Origin: the human T2T-CHM13v2.0 reference genome, Homo sapiens
DNA: 64,000 bases
Direction: 5' to 3' (one strand)
Assembly: GCF_009914755.1 (NCBI RefSeq)
Contig: NC_060929.1
Under the pieces are notes generated by a model, which was not told where the DNA came from, ran no database searches, and worked only from the letters and a program-made list of their open reading frames with translations. Of the stretch, positions 52,733 through 64,000 are shown piece after piece. How positions within the stretch are numbered: position 1 is the first letter of the stretch; the number at the start of each line of letters is the position of its first letter. The position numbers and the translations under genes are program-made.

Positions 52733-54974
52733 GAGAGAGATAGAAAAAAAGAGAGAGAGGGAGGAGGAGGAGGAGGAGGTGGGGGGAAGGGAGAGAGAAT
52801 GAATTGCACTCACAAAAATTATGGGAATTTCTTAATGAGCAAGTTAGGTTTCACTTAATCAAGATAATGCATGATTGGCTAATTTCTTCACTGACTTTTA
52901 AGCGTATTTTCCATGTACTCTTTTCACTGTGAAACGAAAATGGGCCTTTTTTTCTGTCCCTTTTTTGAAGTTTCCATCCTGTCTTCCCATGTTAATTGAA
53001 GCTCTTTTGCCTTAAACATGGCTTGAGAAATGAGTCCTTGTTGTGATGCAGGTTGTCAAGCTGCAGGAAAAGGAGTGTTGTGCTCACAGGTAAGCAAATA
53101 GAATTCTTGCAAAGGAAGACAGAGGAGCCAGCCCTGCAAACAAATGGTCCTTTGCAGCAAGATTCCTCTTCTGGCCTCATTCTTTCTGAATTTAAAGGTC
53201 AGAGGAAGCTTCACACAGCCACTTTTGTATCTCAGTGCCCTGGCTAAATGTCTCAGGAGAATAAAGATATCCTAATAGGAATGCAATTTTACAATTCTGG
53301 GCTCGCATTCCAGAATTGTGCAGATTGCTTTCCAGTTGAAACAGCTCTACATACAAACATCCTCAGAAACCAGTTCTTTTACATCTCTCATCTGTCTTAC
53401 AATTAAGTCTGAACATTTTAAATATGCTTTTAATACAATCACTGAAAATAAAAATCTGTAGCCAAGTAACTAATGAATGTCTTGAACTCTAAGCACATTC
53501 TGAATATTTAATTATCATTTAAACAAATGAGAAAATATAAATTCAATTTGCAAAATAAGAAAATATTTACTCAAGAGTTTGAAAATTGAAACAGATTAAT
53601 AAATCAGTGCACATATATACTCTCTCTCCAAGGCCAAAATAACTGAGGATTTTTTTTCTTTGCAACTCTTTTGGTGAAGTCCCTACTTTCTCAACTCTTA
53701 TACCTTTTGTGTACAGGTTTTTCTGCCAGAAATAGATTTGAAGTGTTTTAGTTGTCATTTGTATCTGAAAATGGTTGGAATCATGTAGCTTATTTTTGGC
53801 AAGCAGAATCAAGATGATCACAAAGGGATCTATATTATTAAGCCTGCAGCATACATTTTTACCTTCAGCAGGAAGAAATCCCCCAAAGTAGGTTAGGAAT
53901 TTACTGCATGCATTTAACTTCTGAACTGGAAATTTATGTGGCAGTTCAGTGATTAATTATTAATCTTGGTAAATGTCAATTTCTACTCATTAGGAGTAAG
54001 GACATCTATTTTTGCAATTCAAATGGAAATGATTTCTGATTTAATCACTTGTCTGCTCCAAAGCTCCTCTTCAATTGGATAAGTTCACATATTTCCAGTG
54101 CTGCTTTAATTTACAAGTGGGGTGAACAGAACCTCATGTTTTGAGGCCTGATGTAAGGCTTGCTCAAGTCATAGTGAACTTGATGAGAATCAATAATGCC
54201 AAATAAACCAGAAAGATAGTCAAATGAATGTGAAAGTTTTTTGAAACATATACCTTTGCAATCTGTATTTCACGTCTTCTAAAGCGCCTGTTTCCAGGGC
54301 AAAACAGCAAAATACTTCTGGTTACTTGAAGGAAAAAAAATTCACATTAGTTATTAACTTTTGCAAATGCATAGTTCAGTAACTCTCTTGCACATAAACA
54401 ACAGGCAAATCTTTTTAGAACTTGAAAATACAGTAGGTAAATACCTTTCCAAACAAGGTTTTAAATAATCCGGGAAGTGAAGTAACCAGAGATAGCTTGT
54501 CAGATTTCTATTCACCCTGGACCATTTCCCATCTGAAATGATTTAAGAGGCTCATTTTAGAGATATTCATGACATTCAAGTTCTACAGAGATTTGGACTT
54601 TGAATGCTTTACATTCTACACAGAGCTTCCTATGACCATGTAATTCTGCAACCAGATATCTTCCGGCAAGATGACAATTTCTGAGAAGAGCCTGAGATTA
54701 CTGTGCTGCCTATTTGAAATGGTATTTTTGCTAAATGGATGGAATTTTAAACTCTGATGATGCAATATTGAGAATTTCATTATAGTCTGATTTTTCAGAG
54801 ATAACTTAGAGATACTGACAGTGGATTTACTAATCCACCTTTGTTGTAAATTAGATATGGCTTTTATGTTAGTTTTGATTTCGGTTATTTGGTTCAGATT
54901 TCTTCTTATAAGTACCTGTCATACTGAGCATTTTAATTTTGAATTTGGGCATTAGTTTGAAAACTTTTATATGA

Positions 54975-55447
<473 letters not shown>

Positions 55448-56144
55448 TATGGTTTATATTTTTAAAAGTGTTAACTGATTTATCTTTTTGCAATGGATTA
55501 AAGTTCAGCTCTCTGTGGGTTTTTCATTGAATCAAAAAATGTGCCTAGGTAAGTACTTCTCAAATAAACATGAAGTAAATACTGCGTATAAAATGTGACT
55601 AGTAACTACTTGTTGTAATAGTATGCTGAGTTCTCAAAATTAATATCACTTTCAATGATATACGTGTTCTGTTAAAGCACTTTTGAGACCATTATGTCTA
55701 TATAATATCCCTTCAGTCAGAAGTGAATAATGGCTAACCTGATGACAAAACAGTAGCTCTGTAATATAAAAGACTATATAAAGAATACATTTGACTTTTC
55801 AATTCATAAACCATTTCTTTCTCTGCAACAAATGTGTACATAAGTAATGCTGAATTCCTTAATATAACAAATACTAATTTACATAATACACATGATTACT
55901 GATATTTTATTGAAAGCACATTTAAAAGCAATTTTTTTTCCATGGGACATGACTAAATATCAAGAGTTCCATCCCTATTCCCATCAAGAACTGTGAGTTG
56001 TAGGATGCAAAGACAATTTTGTGAAGAAAATTTGAGGTTGTTATTCACTGAGAAATGCAGCTACAGCCAAGCAGTGCCCAACATTTACTTCAAGGGAAGC
56101 TTCCCAAACTGAATGTGACAACTAAACATTTATAGTGTCAACTT

Positions 56145-56431
56145 GGCTGGGCGCGGTGGCTCATGCCTGTAATCCCAGCACTTTAGGAGACCGAGGCGGG
56201 CAGAACACCTGTGGTCGGGAGTTCAAGACCAGCCTGACCAACATGGAGAAACCCAGTCTCTACTAAAAATACAAAATTAGCTAGGCATGGTGGCACATGT
56301 CTGTAATCCCAGCTACTCAGGAGGCTGAGGCAGGAGAATCACTTGAACCCAGGAGGAGGAGGTTGCAGCGAGCCGAGATCGCGCCATTGTATTCCAATTC
56401 CAGCCTGGGCAATGAAAGCGAAACTCCATCT

Positions 56432-56463
<32 letters not shown>
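56145..56463 (+). mobile_element. AluSp
   Basis: cctgaccaacatggagaaacc and aaagcgaaactcc diagnostics. Confidence 0.93.
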
Positions 56464-56464
<1 letters not shown>

Positions 56465-59400
56465 CAGTGTTGACTCAACACAGAATTTTCTACAAGGCTA
56501 CACCATATTCTCATCAGACAATTTGTGTAGGGAATAAAACATCTAGAATTTCTTTAATTTTTATGACTCCTTGACATCAAGGGTTTCTTCACTTTTAAGG
56601 ATACACTGAGCCATGAGAACAAACCCTTGATTACTCAGATTGCTTGGGGGCTGGGTCTGCAGACACTTTCATCTCTTTCTCCCTTCGTTTTGGAATCTTT
56701 CACTCTTTGTTACCTCATTCACCAAGAGGAGCTCACAGGGATTAAACCAATTCTGTTGGCTTTTATTTATGCATGCTACTCCTTCCCTGAACCTACATAA
56801 TGCTACCACCACTAAGAGTCATTTTTGCACAATTAGAAATAATTTAAATAATAAGTTCCAGCAAAGTTCTTAGTTCTACGACTTCTACCTGTTTTAAAGT
56901 CAGGGACTTATCAGTTGCCTTGCTATCTACCCTCTATCCCCCAGTAATCCAGACACCTTGCTAAAATTGCCTGGCGAGTTATTTGAGGTAATCTTTGGCT
57001 CAAACTGTCTGGCCAATGGAATTTATAACATTTTTGTTTCTAATCATTATGTACAAATGTGCTGTGTTATTGGACTAGAAGATTCCACTTGGATCAAAGC
57101 CATAATAAATAATGTGGAACCATTATTTAAAAACTGATTGAAAAGATGATTTATTTCTATTGATATCTAAGGATGAATCACTAATCTCAATTGTAGACCC
57201 TCCTCCTCCTCCATTCTCATTTATCTGTATACTAGCATGCAGCACTTACTTCAGAATCTTTATTTGGGCAAATGTTCACGGTGAACTGAGGCAATCATCT
57301 GTATAGTTCATGAGAAAGATGAATGTAATTGAGGAGAAGCATAGTTTTGCATGAATTACCTGGATAACTGCTTCAGATACTCACATTATGTATAGTCATA
57401 TTTGCAGTAAAATACCAAAGTTTAATTCATTAACATATCTATTTGCTAATAACATTAGTTTTTTTTTGGCATTCCATGTTTAGTTATCTGACCACATAGA
57501 GCCAGCCATTGATATATGCATTGTAGCCTCTTCTTCCATGCATATAGATCCTTTGATATTAGAACCTCCTGAATTTTATATAAGGCATAATGTCTAATTC
57601 AATTATATACACAGATGTCCACATTAGTTATATTTTGATGTTTATGCTGGCTTCATACAAACTTGACTTTTTCAACAAGTAATGAAGTACAGGCTAGAAA
57701 TGAAAGGGTAGGAACTGTATATGAAAAGCTGTATTTTAAAAAATTAAATGTGAAAACGTGCCAAATTAAGGGTCATTTATGTACATCTTTATGGCAACTT
57801 ATCCCATTACATGAATAGCTCAAGTACTTGTACAAAAACACTAAATTATAAATCCATTTGAGAATAAATGCAGTAATGTGCACATGCACGCACACACACA
57901 TACACGAACACACATACACAGATGCTAAATTTACAAAATGTGTCAGGTAGCTGGTGGCCATCGTTGAATTAAGAATAGTAGATTACTAAGAGTCATCCCA
58001 GATTCCAATTATATTTATACATAAATTGTGCATTTATAAAAACCTTACAAATACTTCTATTTTTCCAGGAAGATATTATAGGTAACAATTTAACACATGT
58101 AGTAAGAAAACGTCTTAAATTCGGAAAATCACAACTAGGTTAATTAAACAATTCAATACGTTAATGGCTATCATAAGTATTCTATTTATAAAGACTTTAC
58201 CATTTTTTATGCTGAAACAGCAGCATGTCCTTTAAATTATTCATTCTAACATGTAGTTTGTGTTTTAATTGTCTTAATGCAAGGAAAGTAAAACAGTTTG
58301 AAATATGATAGAAAGTATAAACACATTTCAATCAGTAGTTTATATTAAGAAGATTTCTAAGATGGTGCTAAATTTAAAGTAATTTGTTGTCAAATTATGG
58401 TAACTGTACAGATTATTTGAATTGTTTTTTAATAAGTAGATGGCCAATTATATTTAACTGAGCAATTTTACCAAGACATGATGGAAAGTTAGCTGACAAA
58501 TATCATATTGTGTTCTGAGTACTGTGAGGAATCCAAATTTCACTCTCTTGGCAATGTACTGAGGCCATTTGGTGGAAAAAAGAAAGTGGGATTAAGTGTT
58601 AATATTGACTAGGAGTAAGTCCTTTACATCATTTTTTCTAGGAACATTAATAGTTGCCTTTGTTATGATAATGGCACATCTCATTTTAAAAATGAAATGC
58701 TAAATATGTTAGAAACAGATCACAACATTTTAATGACTGGGATAAGCAAAATGAGTCCAACCTTTATTCTGATAATAGCCAGTAAATTTGCAAAGAGAGG
58801 AGACAAACTGTAATTGTATACATAAAAACACCTAGTCCCACTTTAAAATTTTAATATCTATATATAGTACTGTATTTAATTTTTAAAGATGAAGACAGCA
58901 AAAATATTCACATTAAAATATCTTACAGAAATCATTATTCTTCTATTCAAGAAAACCAATTATACTAAGTTAACAGGGAAAATTTAACAGAGGAAATTCT
59001 CCTTGGGACACTTATTGAACTGAGGATTTCACTTCATAGTTTAAAAAAGTAAACAGGTCTCAGGTGTCTTTTTCATGGGTAGGTCACCTTATCAATCTGA
59101 ATTACAGTTCATGGGTAAAGCTAACTTTTTTTGTGTGAAATAAGTTAATAATGCCAATTCAGTTTCTTGTAAACAAATGTCTGTATCAAACCACTATAAT
59201 TACTGTGTAACACCTTGTAGTATCAGTGAAGTGGCTGAGAATTAAATGATCACTTATGCCCTTATCTTTAGATACAGTACCTTCAAAAGAAGGCCTAATG
59301 TGGACAAGCTAACATGGGTGTGCTAAACCTACGCACAGGAGACTCCATCTGCGTATGTCTTGTATTACTCTTTCCATCCCAAATAACTTTCATCAGCTGT

Positions 59401-59874
59401 TTTACCACTGAAATGAAAAGTAGTCAAAGGAAATAATTATGTTTAATCATTATTGGTTGTGCTATAAAATAATGTGAATCACAGTGGGAGTGTTTTGTGA
59501 GCAAACTTCATATTACTATTCCCAACACACACACACAGGTACACGCAACATATTTAGTATGCAAAATGGAAGTATTATTAATAGTGGTTCACCATTCTTT
59601 TACTTTTCTAGTTATTTCTCAAGGTATGGTTCACAGACCCAGGGAGACCTTTACACATGCTTAAGATTGGGTACCATTGCTTTAAACAAACACAGCCTCT
59701 GGCTCCTCATAGCAAACAATAAACTTATTCCACCAGGAGGGAAAAACAGAAAGAAGATTCAACTACTTTTGGCAAATATATGGCAACCTTGTCCCCCATA
59801 CTGGATTACTCCCTCCCATACTATACATTCACTGGCCACTTGTATCGATTAATGTTTTCAAAGACAGAGAACTA

Positions 59875-60192
59875 CAGTTGTCCCTCCGTATCCAAGGGAG
59901 ACCGGTTCCAGGACCTCTGCAGATACCAAAATCCACAGACGCTTAAGTCCTTTATATAAAACGGCATAGTATAACCTATGCACATCCTCCAATATACTTC
60001 AAATCATCTCGTTTACTTATAATACCTAATACAATGTATTATAAATGCCATGGAAATCATTGTTACAATGTATTATTTGTAATTATTGTTGTATTATTGG
60101 TTTTTATTGTTATAAAAATTTTTTCCAATATTTTTTATCAGGAGTTGATTGAATCAGGGATGTGGAACCTGTGGATATGGAGGGCCAACTCT
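59875..60192. mobile_element. MER2 (Tigger) DNA transposon
   Basis: TIRs cagttgtccctccgtatcc / ggatatggagggccaact. Confidence 0.85.
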
Positions 60193-60227
60193 ATTGTACA
60201 GAAGACATAAAAAAAAAGGAAAACCTG

Positions 60228-60843
<616 letters not shown>

Positions 60844-61464
60844 GGAAAACCAGTGTCAAAACACTAAAATGCATTCCAAAATCAAAATCAAGTGGCTATG
60901 ATTTGTGGCACTCCTTCGAATTAGCAGTGATAATCAAGAAATGAAAATTGCAATTATTTCTCCTGGGAAAACTACTCTTAGTACTATACACTATATGCAG
61001 ATGAAAATGGTAAGGGCTGAGAAGGTAACAGTGTTCAGTTGGTATTTTATTTCTCCTGGAAGATGCAGGGATTGGGAGGGAGGCAAGGATAAAGCCACGG
61101 AAGAAGTAATCAAGACTTCATAGTATTAAGGACGGTGGAAAACTTCCCCAGCCAAAGGAGCAGTTCTGAATGCTTTGCTATACATTCCTAGGGACAATAT
61201 GATGAAGAAAAGATATAGACAGATGTGGGACTTCTTCATGCCCCAAACTGAACTTACTTATTTTCATTTGTTGTCTTTTAAACCACAGAAGTGCTAACTG
61301 AATAACCCTATGAAATGCAATGGAGTTCAGATATCTTAGAGAATCATAAAAATAGAAATGGAAGTTTTATTTTATTCTGGAGGGAAAGGGCTGTTTTGGG
61401 CACTTTTCATGGCTGGGGGAGCAGAATTGATTTACTTGTTAATCTTTTTGGCAATTGAGAAATC

Positions 61465-61755
61465 TTTTCTATTTTTGAGATGGAGTCTTGCTCTGTCACC
61501 CAGGCTGGAGTGCAGTGGCACAATCTCGGCTCACTGCAACCTCCGCCTCCTGGGTTCAAGTGATTCTCCCGCCTCAGCCTCTTGAGTAGCTGGGATTACA
61601 GGCAGCCACCACCATACCTGGCTAATTTTTGTATTTTTAGTAGAGATGGGGGGGTTTCACCAGGTTGGCCAGGCTGGTCTTGAACTCCCGACCTCAGGTG
61701 ATCTGCCCACCTTGGCCTCCCAAGTGCTGGGATTACAGGCATGAGTGCCCAGGCG
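61465..61755 (-). mobile_element. AluSx-like
   Basis: Antisense Alu; TSD gcaattgagaaatctt. Confidence 0.93.
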
Positions 61756-63111
61756 GCAATTGAGAAATCTTAACTTCGGATTCCTAGCTGTGAACTTCCT
61801 CTTTATCAGCAACTGACTCCATACTGGAACATTTTCAAAGGAGTGCTAATAAGATTCACCCATCAAATATGTGTTGTATTACAAGATCAATGACACCCTA
61901 CAGCCTTTGTTCCCATGGGCAACTTTGCTGTAAGACACGTAGTTAAGAATCATACATACCCTCAGAAAGAATTTGACATGTATTTTCAAATGCAGTGAGT
62001 TAGGCAGAATGCAAAGCAGAGTAACAAGATTTTACCTACTGCTTACTTTTTCATTTTACATGTGTATTTAATATGTTCAATGCAGCAAGAATTGCTGATA
62101 TTATTACTGTGAGATGACGTGTAAAAATAACACTAGGAACAGGTAGTATACATCAAGACCAACACGAATGCATTGATAAAGATGGAAAACACAAGAGAAA
62201 AACATTAAATAGTCTTATTACAAGAAAAAAGGATAAGGGTTAAATGATTCAAAATCTAAACAAAAATTAATATACAGATATACTGTCTTCCATTCAGTGC
62301 ATGAAAGAATTATCTGGATATAAAAATCAAGTATCCTTACATTCTGGGTTTCTTGGATACAATTTTCTCCTCAAAAATAATTTTTCAACTATTTCAGGAA
62401 ATTTTTAAATCTAAAATAACTCTTTTTAATCTGGGCTCCAAGAAGAAAAAAGAAATAAATACTTATAATCAATTGACTGCTCTGCCTTGAAAAAAAAAAC
62501 GAATTTTACTTTTAGGTTAGAAATAATGGGGATCATGATGCAATTCATATTCTCGTATTACCCCCAAAATAAGGGTAGATAAAATCATATTCATCATTCT
62601 TTGTGATAAGAAATAATACCTTCTCAGAAGGCGAAGAAAAGAATTTCAAGATCGGTAACAATGGAGAAGAGTCAACAAAATATTTGAAAATTCTAGCATT
62701 ATAAGATTAAGCTTAATAATCAAAGGACTGTCAATTTTTATATGATTGTCATAAAATATGAAAGTCAAAATTCTTCTTGGTAAAGTCAGGTGTCTGGACA
62801 AACTATCACCTTCATTCAGGTTACCCTGGCTTGAGGTAAAGACCTTTTCATCTGAATTTGCATGAAAGGTTTCTGCAGCTTGACAGCATGAGGCTGTTCT
62901 CCGGTGTGCACTCCTAGGCACCTGAATACTGTGTGTGATTAACTGAGGCTCATTTTATGATAGTTTAAATCTGCAACATAAATTTAATTCAGCTTTTTTT
63001 TCTCAACAGTTCTGCCTAGTATCCCTGTTTAGGCACAGGCAAAATCTTTATTTTTACAAGGACTAAATCATTATGAATTTGAGAGAAGTAAGTCATCAGG
63101 AACTAGTACAT

Positions 63112-63446
63112 ACAGTCATATGTTACTTAATGATAAGTATACATTCTGAGAAATGCATTGTCAGGCAATATTGTCCTTGTCTGAACATCATAGAGTGTAC
63201 TTACACAAACCTAGATGGTATAGGCTCCTACACACCTAGGCTATATAATATAAACTATTGCTCCTAGGCTACAAACCTGTACAGCATGTTACTGTACTGA
63301 ATACCAAAGGCAACTGTAATACAATGGTATTTGTGTATCTAAGCATAGAAAAGATATGCTAAAAATATGGTATTATAATCTTATAGGACCACTGCTGTAT
63401 ATGCAGTCTGTGGTTGATTGGAATGTCATTATGAGCTGCATGACTA
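63112..63446 (+). mobile_element. Tigger3a/MER7-type DNA transposon, complete short copy
   Basis: cagtcatatg...ttctgagaaatgc...acacctaggcta...gctgcatgacta termini. Confidence 0.82.
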
Positions 63447-64000
63447 TATCCTGCCAAATTTTCACTTTAGAGACTATAAGCCTAAAGGAAAGAGAAGATT
63501 CCTCTTACCTGCAATTAAACAATGCTTTTCAAAGTCTCTAGAGTTTGGATTCATAGTTGGTATTTATCAATGGTTGTTTGTATCACAATTTTAACACAAA
63601 GGATCACCCAGTTATCTTTCAGAGTCTAAAATTAAAGTCTTCATATCTTTCTATTGTGATTTTGGTGTATGTATGTATAATTAAGCACAAAATCCCAAAA
63701 GATCTGGAAAGTGCCATAGAGCAAGGTGCTTTCCATAAGGGAATTAGATTAAAAAAAATTTACTTATTCTTTTTTGAACAGTCAGTTACACAATGTAGTT
63801 TTAGCCTGCTGAAGTCAATGGCTAGATAAAGCAAAGTTACTATCAATGATTTGCTCCTGAATAAAAGCCTTATATTCCAGGAACAGAGCAGAGGCTCCCT
63901 GGCCAGTGAGAACCAATACCAGTCAATTCTGCTGGTAGCAAGCAAGATACCTGGATAGAAAAGCAGCATTCCAGAGGCCTCAGGAGTGCTAATAACTCTC

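Overview
Human (primate) genomic DNA. The human-specific AluYb8 and the exon sequences point to the ACOT12 locus, recalled as chr5q14.1. The minus strand carries the CpG-island promoter and coding exons 1-5 of ACOT12 (cytosolic acetyl-CoA thioesterase, hotdog-hotdog-START): 38578-38704, 30347-30416, 16340-16400, 8378-8479 and 4493-4628. All splice junctions are GT-AG with consistent phases, and the gene continues off the left edge. Much of the rest is transposon-derived: about 35 Alus, a full-length but inactivated L1PA6-8-class LINE-1 antisense in intron 2, old L1M/L2/MIR, THE1/MLT1 LTRs and Tigger3/MER2/MER5/MER58 DNA elements. The AT-rich right end (~57.4-64 kb) is probably the distal 3' UTR of SSBP2, inferred from recalled gene order; no coding exon is visible. 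I see no evidence of a wholly new biological system. The best leads are: (i) an intact 72-aa ORF0-like frame and antisense promoter in the old L1, pointing at ACOT12 exon 3; (ii) five separate fold-back (template-switch) hairpins inside repeats within ACOT12 introns, one of pre-miRNA size; (iii) a near-consensus AluYb8 that may be polymorphic; (iv) inverted Alu pairs around exon 5 and in the putative SSBP2 UTR; (v) a THE1 LTR with an intact splice donor oriented toward ACOT12. Repeat subfamily calls and boundaries were made by eye and are approximate.
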